From: Octopus sinensis
Lineage: Eukaryota
Length of the DNA: 64,000 nt
Direction: 5' to 3'
Assembly: GCF_006345805.1 (NCBI RefSeq)
Contig: NC_043005.1
Span: 72,044,001 to 72,108,000, forward strand
Shown: piece after piece, positions 12,380 to 26,570 of the stretch
Layout: each line of letters starts with the position of its first letter
How positions within the stretch are numbered: position 1 is the stretch's first letter
Program-made: the position numbers and the translations under genes
Notes under the pieces: model-generated
What the model saw: only the letters and a program-made list of their open reading frames with translations
The model's database searches: none
Told to the model about the DNA's origin: nothing

Positions 12380-12570
12380 TGATATCCACATCAACCCTGA
12401 TTGAGCAAACCTTTAAATAAAGATATTCCATCTATGAATACCATTTTCTTTTAAAGTAGTGTGTATCTAAGATCACATTTTCTAATTACTCTGCTTACAA
12501 TTTAAGACAGTAGATTGTGATATGAGGGAGATTTGGGCGTTATTTTTACCAAATCCAATGACAGCATTGA
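12380..12570 (+). repeat. Old ~200 bp interspersed repeat with GATTTGGCTGCTATTTCTAGC core
   Basis: Core recurs at ~2364-2420(-), 3700-3740(-), 12270, 21110-21165, 28105, 29690, 31570(-), 54520, 56320, 56625 and 57170(-). Confidence 0.65.
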
Positions 12571-13159
12571 GCAGTGACTTACAGTCTTTAATTCACAGTG
12601 AACTTTGGAATAAATAGGAATATTTTTGTTCAGGGATATAAACAAACCTACACAAGTTGTCAAACTCTATGTGTGTGTGGTTGTGGTTGTGGGGCGTGCA
12701 TGCACACACACACACACACACACAGTGCATTGTTCTATTATTGGTTGGATCAACAACAAAAAATGTCCTCTATTCAGTGAGGGATAAACATAATTTAATA
12801 AACAAAGGATTTAAACATGAAGTTTCATGCTCTAATAGTACAGTAATCATATGAACTTGCACAACATGCCAATATATATATATATATATAGATACATACA
12901 TACATATGTACATACATACGCACACATGCATAACAGGCTTCCATACAGTTTTCATTTACCAAGCTCATTCATTTGACATTTGTCAGACCAGAGCTTATAG
13001 TAGAAGACACTTACCCAAGGTGTGTGCAGTGGAACTGAACCTGAAGCCATGTGATTTCAAAGAAAGTTTGCTAACTTGACAAACATGCCTGCACCTACAA
13101 ATACAAATCTAAAACAAATCTGAATTTAAGTCTTGGTCATAGATTTTCTGTCATTTGCC

Positions 13160-13437
13160 AGTGCCACTGGACTGGCTCCTGTGCAGGTGGCACATAAAAA
13201 GCATCATTTGAGCATGGCTGCTGCCAGTACTGCCTGACTGGCCCTTGTGCTGGTGGCACGTGAAAGCACCCACCACACTCTTGGAATGGTTGGCATTAGG
13301 AAGGGCATCCAGCTGTAGAAACCCTGCCAGATAAAATTGGAGTCTGGTGCAGCCATCTCGTTCGCCAGTCTTCAGTCAAATCGTCCAACTCATGCCAGCA
13401 TGGAAAGTGGACGTTAAATGATGATGATAATGATGAT
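13160..13437 (+). mobile_element. Retroposon family R
   Basis: Two GGTGGCAC..AAAAGCA units plus the (GAT)n-tailed 3' end. Confidence 0.8.
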
Positions 13438-14365
13438 TCAGAACTAACTTCTCTTCTCCCAAATCGTTTTTTTCATCCAGCCATTGAAATTCATATATCT
13501 ATCCAAAATTCTAATCTCTTAGCATATCAAAATTGCTCAAAAAACAAGGTCCTTCTAGAAGACACATTTTTTATTAACCATTTGCCATTACTCCTCATAA
13601 TAAATCATATTTAAAAACCAAACCGACCCATTTTACTTCTCTCACTTCTCTCTATATATGCCTTTCTAATTTTTCCTCTCACCATCTTCACTCTTTGCTG
13701 TTTACTGTCAAGTCTGTACTCCTTTGCCTTAGCATAAATTCTTCTTCTGGCTGTATTACTAACCCACATGCAATGAAAACTTAAAGAAGGAATATCAATC
13801 TATTCTAGGAATGGGTTCCAGTGTAGCGAGCCAGGGAACAAGACATTTTATAGGTAGATAATCATTATTTCATTCACTGTTGTCTGCTCATTGACCAGCC
13901 ACTGTCTTTCAAAATAAAACACAGATGTTTGTTGTAGATAGTAGCAAATGAAATATTTCCAATGTAAACAAATGTAGATTTTTTCTTTCCATCCTTAGCA
14001 TGTTTCACTTATAATATTTATGTAATTTAGCCACCTAAATTGATCTACTTAAATAATAAATAATATATGGATATCTTTTCAGTTTAAACATCTGTCCTGG
14101 AGGTTAAACTATAATATTCTTTCATATTAATTAGTAATAATACGTTTTGTCAAAAATAATATAGTTGCAGAAATAACTAGTAAGATAAATAAACATCTGC
14201 TTAGGACACCATGGGAAGTGGTTACCACAAAGCTATTTCCAGTGCTGGATCTATCATGGGGCAAAAGTTACAGCTGAACCAAATAAGGGAAAATAAAATG
14301 ACATATAAATAAACACATGTATATACTACAGGAAAATCAATAATAAAATATATAAAATATTACTT

Positions 14366-14598
14366 ATTTCTTTATTGCCCACAAGGGGCTAAAACATAGA
14401 GGGGACAAACAAGGACAGACAAAGGGATTAAGTCGATTATATTGACCCCAGTGTGTAACTGGTACTTAATTTATCGACCCCGAAAGGATGAAAGGCAAAG
14501 TCGACCTCGGCGGAATTTGAACTCAGAACGTAACGGCAGACGAAATACTGCTAAGCATTTCGCCTGGTGTGATAACGTTTCTGCCAGTTCGCCACCTT
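14366..14598 (-). mobile_element. SINE family M, full length, CpG-retaining
   Basis: Near-identical to 38637-38860 and 50965-51198. Confidence 0.9.
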
Positions 14599-14979
14599 AC
14601 CAATAATAAAATATTACTATTAATGCTATTGCAGTATTGAAGAAGTTAATGATATATTTTCAATGTAGGAAGCCAACAAAATTTGTAATTCAGTGACAGC
14701 TACACAGGGCAACCTAAATGGCTTATTTCATTATGATTCAGTGATGGTAATGCAGCAGTCCCTGCCACTTGAGATACATGATGGTCTGTGTCTTGATGAG
14801 AATTGTAAATGGGTGATGTAGCATTTTGTAGGTTATACTGCTTTAGCCAAACAGTCATGAGTAATACTGGTTGTCATAGAAAACACCTTGAGAATTTGGT
14901 TTTGAGGATTGATCGAAAGACGTTTGAGAGAAAACATTTTAAAATATAAATTAGGATATAAGCAGGCAACAGCTAGTAT

Positions 14980-15360
14980 AATTACCTGTGGTAAGTAGCT
15001 TGCTTACCAACCACATGGCTCCGGGTTCAGTCCCACTGCATGGTACCTTGTGCAAGTGTCTTTTACTATAGCCTCAGGCCAACCAAAGCCTTGTGAGTGG
15101 ATTTGATAGACAGAAACTGAAAGAAGCCCGATATATATATGTATATGTATATATATGTGTGTGTTTGTCCCCCGCCCCCAACATCGCTTGACAACTGATG
15201 CTGGTGTGTTTACATCCCCATAACTTAATGGTTCAGCAAAAGAGACCGATAGAGTAAGTACCTAGGCTTACAAAGAATAAGTCCTGGGGTTGCTTTGCTT
15301 GACTAAAGGAGGTGCTCCAGCATGGCTACAGTCAAATGACTGAAACAAGTAAAAGAGTAT
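14980..15360 (+). mobile_element. SINE family C
   Basis: Colinear with 1121-1515. Confidence 0.85.
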
Positions 15361-16645
15361 AGATATATGAATGATATAGTCTTTGCTATGCATCTTATTG
15401 GTTATGTACATATGGATGATGTAGCCTTAGAATACACCAATGAGGAATATTCTTATTTTATATACAAGTGATATTTTTTGTCAGAAAGTTTTCCCAAAAG
15501 TTTACCATCACCTTTAATTAGTGTAGAAAGAGTAGTTTCACAAAATGTTTGTATATGTATTTTCTCTTTAAGCAAGTTATTTTTAAAAAGTGAATGAAAA
15601 ATATGCATTTAAATTTGCACTTTTTCCTGTTGCCTTATAAGTAAATAACTTGCTTATATTGCTTTTTGCTTTTATTTAGTTTTACAAATTGCTTTCTGCT
15701 TTTTTTACTTAGTGTTAAATGAATTTTTTCTACTATAAACATAAAACTGAAATTTTGTGAGAGAGGGCTGGTCAATTACATCAACCTGAGTACTTGATTG
15801 GTACTTATTTTATCATCTCCAATAAAATGAAAGGCAAAGTTGACCTTGTTGAGATTTGAACTCAGAATGTAAAGAGCTGGAAAAAATGCCACTAAACATT
15901 TTGTCCAACATCCTAATGATTCTGCCAGTACGCTACCTCTAGCATTAAGTAAACAAAGGGAGAAAGTACTTTATATTTAATATAGCAGTAGAATCTGGCC
16001 AGGAGGATGGCCTGGAAGAAAACTGAAATTTTAATCTATCTTTTCACATTCTGCACTTACATCTCAATGTCTTGTCAGTTAGACAATGGCAGATTCAAAG
16101 GGGAACCATTGTTTGGCTGTGTTTAGGGCATCCACTGGCCTTAATCCAACCATGGTTTGAGTTCATGCCAGGTCTCTTAAACAAAGCCCTTCAAACTTAG
16201 AGCAGTGCTATTAATCAGTGATTATAATAATGGTGATAGTGATGGCTATGTTGTTACCATCATGAAGAGATTGGTATTCATTTCCTCATCAATACCTACT
16301 TTTGATAACTTATTATTTACTACCTCAAATGTTCACTCCATATTCTAAGCTAAATTAACATTTTTTTCCCAATAATTTTCACTTTTTACTATTTCTTCCT
16401 TTTGTATTATAAATTTATTTTGAGCATTATTTATATTTTAGCATGATGTATATGTATATTTCTTTTATATTTCCTTGTCAAATTGACTTGATTTTTTTTT
16501 ATTGTTGTATATGCGAATGATCTGTAAAATTTGACAGCTTTGCTTTTTCAATATACATACTTATATATATGCATATATATACATATATAATAGTATATGA
16601 TAGTTAATATACATACATACTTGCATAATACATATATACATATAC

Positions 16646-16676
<31 letters not shown>

Positions 16677-16741
16677 ATAGTATATGATAGTTAATATACA
16701 TACATACTTACACACAAATATATATATATATTATATATATA

Positions 16742-16781
<40 letters not shown>

Positions 16782-17286
16782 GTATATAATAGTATATGAT
16801 AGTTAATATACATACATACTTGCATACATACATATATATATATATATAATAGTTGATATATATATATAACCTAAAATTCCTTATATGTGACTTAGCTTTA
16901 TTCAATATATTTTGTTGCAAACAGTTCCTTTTATTTGTCAGCAAAAAACATTTAATATTTGTTATGATGTGAACGGGTGTAATATTTATGATATGACATA
17001 AATCTGAAATGCAAGTATCGAAGCATTTGTAAATATTTTAAAAGAAAGAAAAAAACGAAACAAAGAAAAAGCAAATATTTAGATTGTGTTGCAGTTTTTG
17101 AAAATATTAAAACTATCTCATGAAAATGCTAAAGTCCTATTTTAAAACATTAGGTAACAATTCAATACACAAAACTACAGATATAACTTTAGAAGAAAAA
17201 TAATAATAGTATGAAAATTAAAAAACACAAAAAAACCTAAACAAAAGTATAATACTAAGTGTATATCTCAATATATACATATATTC

Positions 17287-17319
<33 letters not shown>

Positions 17320-18360
17320 TATATATATATACACATGCATGTACGTATGTATGTATATATATGTGTATATATATATATATATATATACATGCATATATAT
17401 ATTATTAATAGCTAAACAATTTCAAAGCTAAGCTGTATCATTTGATATATATACATATGTATGTGTGTATATATATTATGCATATATATATATATATAAA
17501 AATGATAGCTAATATGTGTACACACATAAGCTACTATTTATATGCATATATACATATATACATATATATCTATCTCTCTCTATATATATATATATTCACA
17601 TATAAGTATTTATCTCAACTGTTGTGTTACTCTGAATTATATGACATCAAAGGTGAAAATTTTATTGCTTAAAAACTAAAAGAAAACTAAAAGAAAAAAT
17701 TAAAAAAGATAGTTTCCAACCTAAGCAGTGAGGGTGGGAGTTGAATTTAGGAGGAGCTATATATTTGGTTTAATCAACACCATCCCCCGAGATATGACTT
17801 ATTTATTTTAATGAACCCGGAAGGATTAATAGTAAAGCCAATCTCACAAGAAATCTTGATCCTTTACATCCTGAGCCATGGTGCTTGGCACTGATTTGTT
17901 TTTTTAATTATATATTTTTTTTACACAAATGTAATTTTGTATGTTAATTATATAAATTACACTGGTGATGGTGGGTGTGTTGGGGGAACATTCATAGTAG
18001 CATTGTGCTTGTTTTATTTGCTGTGAAATATTTGGTTGCTATGGAAATGGGGGCAATTATGATTTCTTGTTTGTTGATAATGAGGGGTTCAGTTTGCAAA
18101 CCTTGGGCCAAGGTTTGCAAATATTTCAATCTTTGAAGGTTTGTAACTTTTTTGCTTTTAGTTCTGGTTTCTCACCTGAAAAATGAGAAAAAACGAATGT
18201 GGCTTTCATTATTAACATGTAAAACTACATCTGTGTAGGAAATTTGTCAAAACAAGTAAAAAAAAAGGCAACAGAAAATATACAGAACTGAAATTCAAAA
18301 CACGAAAGGACATAACTTAATACTACTGCTGCTATTTTGTTTCTACCTATCATTTACTTC

Positions 18361-18545
18361 TGGGCAGGGCAATGCATTGTGTTCTTGAGCAAGACACTCC
18401 ATTTCCACATTGCTCCAGTGCACTCAGCTGGCAAAAATGAGTAATCCTGCGACAGACCGGCGTCCCGTCCAGGTGGGGGAATTTATGCGCCACTGAAACC
18501 GAAACTGGCCCTAATGAACCTGGCATGGCTCCAGAAGGAAACACT
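18361..18545 (+). mobile_element. SINE body B with V-like tail, 5'-truncated
   Basis: GTTCTTGAGCAAGACACT...CACTCAGCTGGCAAAAATGAGT followed by GACCGGCGTCCCGTCCAGG. Confidence 0.7.
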
Positions 18546-18750
18546 TATCATATACTTATAATAATGACAGTTTCAAATTTTGGCACAAGGTCAGCAATTT
18601 CAGGGGAGGGAGTAAGTCAATTACATCGACCCTAGTACTCAACTAGTACATATTATATCGACCCTGAAAGAATGAAAGGTAATGATGGACGAAATGCCAC
18701 TGAGCATTTTGCCCAGCAGGCAAACAGTTCTGCCACCTCACCGCCTTAAA

Positions 18751-18807
<57 letters not shown>

Positions 18808-19275
18808 TGTGTACAGTGCTCAGGTGCACTACAACTCATCTAAAGTGTATATATAATCAGATGTAGTTTCGGCGGATTTTGGAAAGCATGAGGGCCAATT
18901 TCTAATAAAGTTACAAGACCAAAAATTTGGAAGGAGAATAACAATTGATCATAATAACAGTGACATGTCTAGAGGGTGTGCTACTTGGAGCAGGCTTTGA
19001 GTTTGTGTCATCACCAGGCCTTTAAACTCATACAGAAGATCCAAAAGTACTGCTGTCATAAAAGCATTGCCTAGAATGGATCTCTCTTTCACCTCCATCT
19101 CTAGCTACTGCATATTAACCCCAGTATTCAACTGGTATTCTGTTTATCGTCTCAGAAGCATGAAATGCAAAGTGGACGTCACTGGGATTTGAACACTGTA
19201 ACATTATCTCTAAGCATTTAGTCTTGTGATTTTATAGTTACCATCCTTGTCAGAGTCAGAATATATTGTGGTAAT

Positions 19276-19670
19276 ACTCTTTTACTTGTTTCCGTCATTC
19301 GACTGTGGCCATGCTGGAGCACCACCATTAGTCGAGCAAATTGACCCCAGGACTTATTCTTTGTAAGACTAGTACTTATTCTATTGGACTCGTTTACTGA
19401 ACCACTAAGTTACGGGAACGTAAACACACCAGCATCGATTGTCAAGTGATGTTGAGGTGACAAACACAGACACATATACACACACACATATATATACATA
19501 TATATACGACAGGCTTCTTTCAGTTTCTGCCTACCAAATCCATTCACAAGGCTTTGGTCAGCCCGAGAGTTTAGTATAAGACACTTGCCCAAGGTGCCAC
19601 ACAGTGGGACTGAACCTAGAACCATGTGGTTGGTAAGCAAGCTACTTACCACACAGCCACTCCTATGCCT
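19276..19670 (-). mobile_element. SINE family C
   Basis: Reverse complement colinear with 1121-1515. Confidence 0.85.
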
Positions 19671-19911
19671 ATAACGTTTACTTAATACAAAATCTTTTAT
19701 CTGCTACTTGTTTGTCATTGGACTGTGACAGTTCTGAGGCTCAGCCTTGAAGGGATTTTAGTCAAACAAAAGGACCTTAGGGTTTATTGTTGTTTAAAAC
19801 CTTCTATTTATTCTGTCAGTCTGTTTTGTTGAACTAATAAACTACGGGGATATAAACAAACAAGTTGTCAAGTGATGGTAGGGGACAAACACAGACATTC
19901 ATACATACATC

Positions 19912-20250
19912 ATCATTATCATCATCGTTTAATACCTGTTTTCCATGCTAGCATGGGTTAGACAGTTCGACCGGGGTCTGGGAAGCCAGGCTGCACCAGG
20001 CTCCACTCTGATCTGGCAGTGTTTCTACAGCTGGATGCCCTTCCTAATGCCAACCACTACGTGAGTGTAGTAGGTGCTTTTTACATGCCACTGGCACAGG
20101 GGCCAGAGGTTGCTGGCAAACTGCCACGATCAGTTGGTGCTTTTTACATGTCGCCAACACAGATGCCAGTCAGGTGGCATTGGCATTTGCCATATTTGGA
20201 TGGTGCTTTTTATGTGTCACCGGTACAGGTATCATAACTACAATTTCCAT
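19912..20250 (-). mobile_element. Retroposon family R (3 internal units)
   Basis: (CAT)n start on the + strand, then three GGTGCTTTT..TG.C units. Confidence 0.8.
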
Positions 20251-21733
20251 TTGATTTTTATTTTGATGTTGATGTTGACGTTATATATATATAAGATGAG
20301 CTTCTTTCAATTTTCATCCACCATATCCACTCACAAAGTGGATATGGAGGACAAGATATGGTTGGCCTGGGGCTATGGTAGAAGACACTTGCCCAAGGTG
20401 CCATGCAGTGGGTTTGAACCCAGAACCTTATGGTCGGGAATCAAGCTTCTTACTATGCTGCCATTCCTGCGATATTGTTGTGGTTAGAGTTTTCTCTGTG
20501 TGTAAACTGTATTACAGTTTGGTATTCAGTTGATACAGATGGAATGAACACGAATTCTGTTGAGAATTTTAATACAAAAATATTTATTCTTATCGCTAAT
20601 AACTGAATGTTGTTATTACACCAAATGACAAAGAAAAGTTATAGTTCAAGGTTTATATGCCAAATTTTAAGTTAAAGAAAACAAGTTGGTGGTATGTTGT
20701 GCTTTTGCCAGTGTCTTTGTTGATGTAAGGGCAACAGACTAGTTTACAATTGGAACCAAAGCCAAATGATGGATTTTGCTTGATAACACATTAATTACTT
20801 CTGTAATATCATGGTTATTATCAAAGTATAATAATTATTTAAAATATTACATTATAAATTAAGGATTTATTTTGTAAACTTTAAATCTTATATTTAAGGA
20901 ACATAGTAGAATAAGTAAAAATATATAATTGCTATATTAACAACTCTAAGGTTTTTTCTGCTGTTTAACATCAGGTCAGACTTGATTGAACTACCATGCA
21001 TTCAAAAATAATTTAACCATGGCCATCCAATCATTTTAGGTATATGGAGGTGTATATTGTCTAATGTGTCTTGTCTTTACATAAGACATGGCACATGAGC
21101 AGGTTATGATTTGAAAAAGATTGGGCTGCTATTTCTAGCAGATTGAGAGACCATGTAAAAGCTTCTTTGCTGGTATGTTGTACTTATGTGGTAATATCTT
21201 TAAGGATTATTTTTTTTATACAAAGACAGATTATACATTGTACACGGAAAGGTAATAAAATATTATCAATTAGTGTTAGCTATAATTACATTAGTAATTA
21301 GCTTTATATTATCATTCTTTGCTTAAGTCATTCAGGTAAATACCTGTGAGACTTTCTTGGTGGGTGGGGGTGGGGGCAGGGATATAGAAGATAGAAATAC
21401 AATGATGTTATAATTCTTATTGAAAAGAACAAGTGTATCTTAATGCGAATACAGTTTGTGAGATTTGGAAATCCTTGTGGTATTCAAGTCTTAACAATGG
21501 GTTTATGAGTACAGAATGCAAGACTTCTGTGCAAGTTATTTTTCTTGTGATATAAAGTCTACTACATCATTTAGAAAATGCAATATTTGTGACACAACTA
21601 TATATTATTGAAATAAATAGGAAAATAGGATAGACATAGACATTATGGATTGTTACTCACCTTGAAAGCAGGTTCAATTTTATGCCTATTTCTAACCCGG
21701 GTATACTTTCAGCTTCTCAATTTATAGGTTAGA

Positions 21734-22430
21734 CTAGCTTGAGGTGACCCCGCTCTACGTGTGGGTGAGGGTGTGGTTGTTACTTTCTGTTGCTTCCTTT
21801 CTGTTTCTTAAATCTGGCCTTAATTTTCAAAATTTCGAACGCATTTTCCGCGCTTAAATTACAAATCAGCTTCCACTTTACCATGTCGAAAATTTGATTG
21901 AAATCGGGCAAAAGGTGTCCAATCTAGACCCCACCAAGTGTCCCCAAAAATCAATAAAATTCCCGTTTTCACAGCAAAGCAACCACTGTGGCACCCCAAA
22001 ACGTCTCCCAATCAATTTCTCACCTAAAGTTACCCTCTCCTGTAAATCCCCTTCTAGCCCCATTTAGACCCCTTTTTACATAAAAATCCAATTTGTATCA
22101 ATGTTAGCCTTCTTCATTTTATAGATTAGATTAAAGATAACTGCCTCTAGCCCCTGCAGCAACACGAAAAGCCACCATTATTCAAACAGCGCAACCTGTC
22201 TATCCCATAAAACTCAATTTTTCCCATATTCCTCACCATGGCAACCAAACGGTAGCCCCGAGCAACTTGCAACCCTCCTCATACCATTGCCCACTCCATT
22301 TTACCCCCAGGGTAAATTTTGGCACTAATCTGACCCCATCTACAGCCCCTTAAACCGTTCCCATCCCAAAATGAGACAAATTACCAAGAAATCAAACAAC
22401 TTTTTCACATTTCAGCTTTATAGATATTGA
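21734..22430 (-). mobile_element. Non-autonomous Helitron, complete (697 bp)
   Basis: Minus strand starts TC (22430-22429) and ends CTAG (21737-21734); imperfect hairpin 21749-21765 lies 11 nt before the CTAG; inserted between A (21733) and T (22431) with no TSD. Confidence 0.85.
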
Positions 22431-22431
22431 T

Positions 22432-22655
22432 AAGGCAGCAAGCTGGCAGAATCATTAGCATGCTGGATGAAATGCTTAGCAGTAGTTCATCTGTCTTTAC
22501 ATTCTGAGTTCAAATTCTGCCAAGGTCAACTTTACCTTTCATCCTTTCAGTGTCGATAAATTAAGTACCAGTTGTGTACTAGGGTTGATCTTATTGACTG
22601 GTCCCCCATCCCTCCAAATTTCAGGACTTGTGCCTATAGTGGAAAGGATTATTAC
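22432..22655 (+). mobile_element. SINE family M head and core with an alternative 3' tail
   Basis: AAGGCAGCAAGCTGGCAGAATC...GAGTTCAAATTC...GATAAATTAAGTACCAG. Confidence 0.8.
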
Positions 22656-23483
22656 TGCTGCCACAACTGAAGTACAAATATAATATATTAATAATAATTT
22701 TCATTGATATTTTTAATGATAGAAAATAAGGGCAAAGCATTTTGAATGAAGATATAGATTATAAGTTAAATAACCCCTATTAGATATCACAATTGAGTGA
22801 GCAGCAAGCTAGCATTTAATCCTTTTGATAGCAACCTACCCAAGACTGTATTAGGGCCTATGATACAAGTTTAATGTTTTAGAGTGATCTAGATTAAACT
22901 TCCATCTAAATTTCATCTAAATTTGTATTTAGACTCTAGCGTAATAAAGACAAAGTTATGTTTACGTATTTGCTTTCGAAGATTCTTGGCATGAAACTGC
23001 GTGTTGAAACAAATATTGTTATATCCTGGGATGGTCACTATAGTCATTCTTCACTTCAGATTTATTATTGTTCTTATTTTATGTCCTTTGCCTGGAAATC
23101 TTTCATCACACATCCTGTAACCTCTTCAGTGACTCTCCATCCCATGTGTCTCCTGCTCTATTTACTCCATGACAAAGCTATTCTACAAAAGTCTTTGCTA
23201 TTTTCAAACTTAATTTAAAATGAGGCTGTGTATATCAGCAGAAATATCGAAACAAAAGGTTTAACTCAGCTTTATGGTGGGAACATCGTCTGGCTGATTG
23301 TAAAAATGCCATGTATAACTGGTACTTCTGTTATTATATTATTGATTTTAAATACTAGTAAAGCAAAGCCAATATCATTACAATCAGCATCCATGAAATT
23401 GCTTCATCAAAACTCTTCTGCTGACTTACATTGGCCACAATGATAGATGGTCAGAACTAGTATGGTTTAATTCTGTCTTTATC

Positions 23484-23822
23484 ATCATCATCATCGTTTA
23501 ACATCCGCTTTCCATGCTAGCATGGGTTGGACGGTTCGACCGGGGTCTGGAAAGCCTGGAGGTTGCACCAGGCCCAGTCTAATCTGGCAGTGTTTCTACA
23601 GCTGGATGCCCTTCCTAATGCCAACCACTCCATGAGTGTAGTGGGTGCTTTTTATGTGCCACCGGCACAGGTGCCAGGTGAGGCTGGCAATGGCCACGAT
23701 CGGTTGGTGCTGTTTACATGCCACCGGCACGGAGGCCAGTCGAGGCGTTGCTGGCAACGGCCATGTTCAGACGGTTCTTTTACATGCCACCGGCACTGGT
23801 ATCACAAGTACAATTTCCATTG
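23484..23822 (-). mobile_element. Retroposon family R (3 units)
   Basis: Colinear with 19912-20250 and 57720-58038. Confidence 0.85.
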
Positions 23823-24649
23823 ATTTGTGTCTTCCTAAACTAATATTATTTAAAGAGAGTCAACTCCCATTGGAATACTATGGCTGTTTGTATTTATCAA
23901 CTCTTCCACCATTAGTCTACAAGTAGCTTTAAGAAGATTCATTTAGGCTTTTCAGTTGTAATGTCTTCCTTGAAGAATCTTGGGAGATATTAGGAGGAAA
24001 TGCAGTGCTGGCTTTGGTATACTTAAAAATTAGAATTTAAACATCTGGAATTAAATAGCATGAAACATTTTGTCTGATGGTCTAATGAAGCTTTAATAAT
24101 TTATAAACTACCTGGTTTGGCTTTGTAGAGCTAAATGTTATTATAGAGGGAGTTAAATGAAGGGTGTAGAAGGAACTCAGGAAAATGTGATATAAGAGTT
24201 ATCCAGAAATTTGGATGCATTTAGTAAGAGAGGGGAGGAATTGAAATTAAGTGCTTTCTATGAATATGGAAACTGAAGTTATAAGGACCATTAAAAGGTA
24301 ATGATTTAAAGTTAATTTAAATGGTGAAGAGAGTAATGAAAATTAGGGACAGAAGAAAGAGTGTCTAAAAGCGATACTGTATATGAAGCATGTATACTTT
24401 GTGTGAATATATATAATGTAACATGAAGATATATAGTATATACAGGGTGTGGCAGATGTAAGGCCCTTTTGTATTTGAGTTTTCTGGTTTTTAATTGAGT
24501 TTTTTTTATAATTTTTAAAAATATTTTTATATAAGGCGCAGGAGTGGCTGTGTGGTAAGTAGCTTGCTTACCAACCACATGGTTCTGGGTTCAGTCCCAA
24601 TGCGTGGCACCTTGGGCAAGTGTCTTCTACTATAGCCTTGGGCCGAGAT

Positions 24650-25250
24650 GGTGGCAAAATGCCGGGCATGCTCACAAGGAATGGGGATCAGAGTATAAAT
24701 GAGTTGGTTGAGTAAAGGAAGAGAGAGGTATAGATAGTGGCAAGTGCCAGGGCAAACCCTTGAGGTTCAAATGCCATAATATAAGTGACAGAATATTGCA
24801 AAGGGAGTGTGATTAAAGAATGTATGTGGCAAAATACCTGGGTATATCTAGAGTTGGAAGGGCTACTGGATAGCAATGCTACAGAGGAGCAGGGGTGTGA
24901 GGACAGAATTGGGGAGTGAGAGCTAGGCATTGTAAATGAAGGAGGAAATGTGAAAAAGAGATGTAGATTGGTATGTTGAGGTAGGGTGAGGGAAAAGTTT
25001 TCTTGTTATGTGTGGGGGAACACCCAGGTTAGGGGCTAACAGACAGCAATAATAGAGTGAGTGAGACAGAGCATATGGATAGAAGGCACTGGTCAGGGGA
25101 AAGCAGAGAGCAATGATACAGTGGCACAGGGCCAAATGGACAGGATTGAAGAGTGGGAGGTACATGAAGTGGGAATGTGAGGAAGAGAAGGGATGTAGGG
25201 ATGTAGTTTGGTTCATTGTGAAAGGTTTTCTACACAGCAATTCTAGAACT
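24650..25250 (-). mobile_element. Decayed C/T-rich retroelement remnant, class uncertain
   Basis: Strong purine skew on + strand, higher GC than flanks, no interpretable ORF; composition only. Confidence 0.3.
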
Positions 25251-25450
25251 CAGTTTCGCTGGTGCTTACTTTATTTTTATAAATCCTGTTACTTATTTTA
25301 TTCATCTTGTTTGCCAAACCACTAAGTTATAAGGACATAAACACACCATTTGTCAAGCTGTGGAGGGAGACAAACACACACACACACACACACGCATACA
25401 CACACACACACATACACACACACACTCACACACATATAGACACACACACA

Positions 25451-25481
<31 letters not shown>

Positions 25482-26195
25482 CACATGATGTGCCTCTTTC
25501 AGTTTCCATCTACCAAATTCTGAATGGACTTACATAAGGACATAAACACACCATTTGTCAAGCTGTGGTGGGAGACAAACACACACACACACACATACAC
25601 ACACACACACTCACACACACATACACACACACGCACACATGATGTGCCTCTTTCAGTTTCCATCTACCAAATTCTGAATGGACTTACATAAGAAAGCAAA
25701 GCTTACTCTGTCTTTCTTTCTCAGTCTCTCGTTAAGGGTTCACAGGTGTGTCATTATTTGCTCTGTGTCAAACAGGTAGAGATGGTTTAACTGATGCATC
25801 GGGGAAACTCAATGGATTGAGTCCGAGGCATAATAAATTTATAATTAACTTCATTTGTCAATTTCGACATTTATATACTTTTAGCAGGGCTTTGGAACTT
25901 AATACATCTGTAATAGCGAGATTTTTTATGGTGTGCAGTTTTATCATTGCATAAAACAAACAAACTGAAATGGTGTTTGCACTGAGATGCATTTAGTTGC
26001 GTCTTGCGAAAATACTTTTATCTGTCAACCTCTCTCTCTCTCTCCCCCTCTCTATCTATCTATCTATCTATCCGTCCGTCCATCCATCCATCTATCTATC
26101 TATTTAACTGTAAGTATATACACATACAGACACATGCACACAGACACATAAATACATACATATATATATGTGTGTGTGTGTATATATATATATAT

Positions 26196-26291
<96 letters not shown>

Positions 26292-26570
26292 CATATACAT
26301 ATATACATATATATATGGGTAGTTGTGCAAACAATAAAAGTGTTCTCTGCAGATATAATAAAGTTTATTACTTTATTCAAAGCAAAAGCAATGCAATAAT
26401 ATGTACACACACACAGAGGCATACAACATGTATACATATACACACACACACATGTACACACTCACATACACACATGAACACACTCATACATACACATACA
26501 CACACACGTATACCTATAAACACATATTACATGCACACACACACACACTCACACTCACACCCATGTATCT

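Noticed and set aside
18037-18050. RFX X-box-like GTTGCTATGGAAAT (also CCATGGCAAC at ~22238)
   Set aside because: No linked transcription start, and the second lies inside the Helitron
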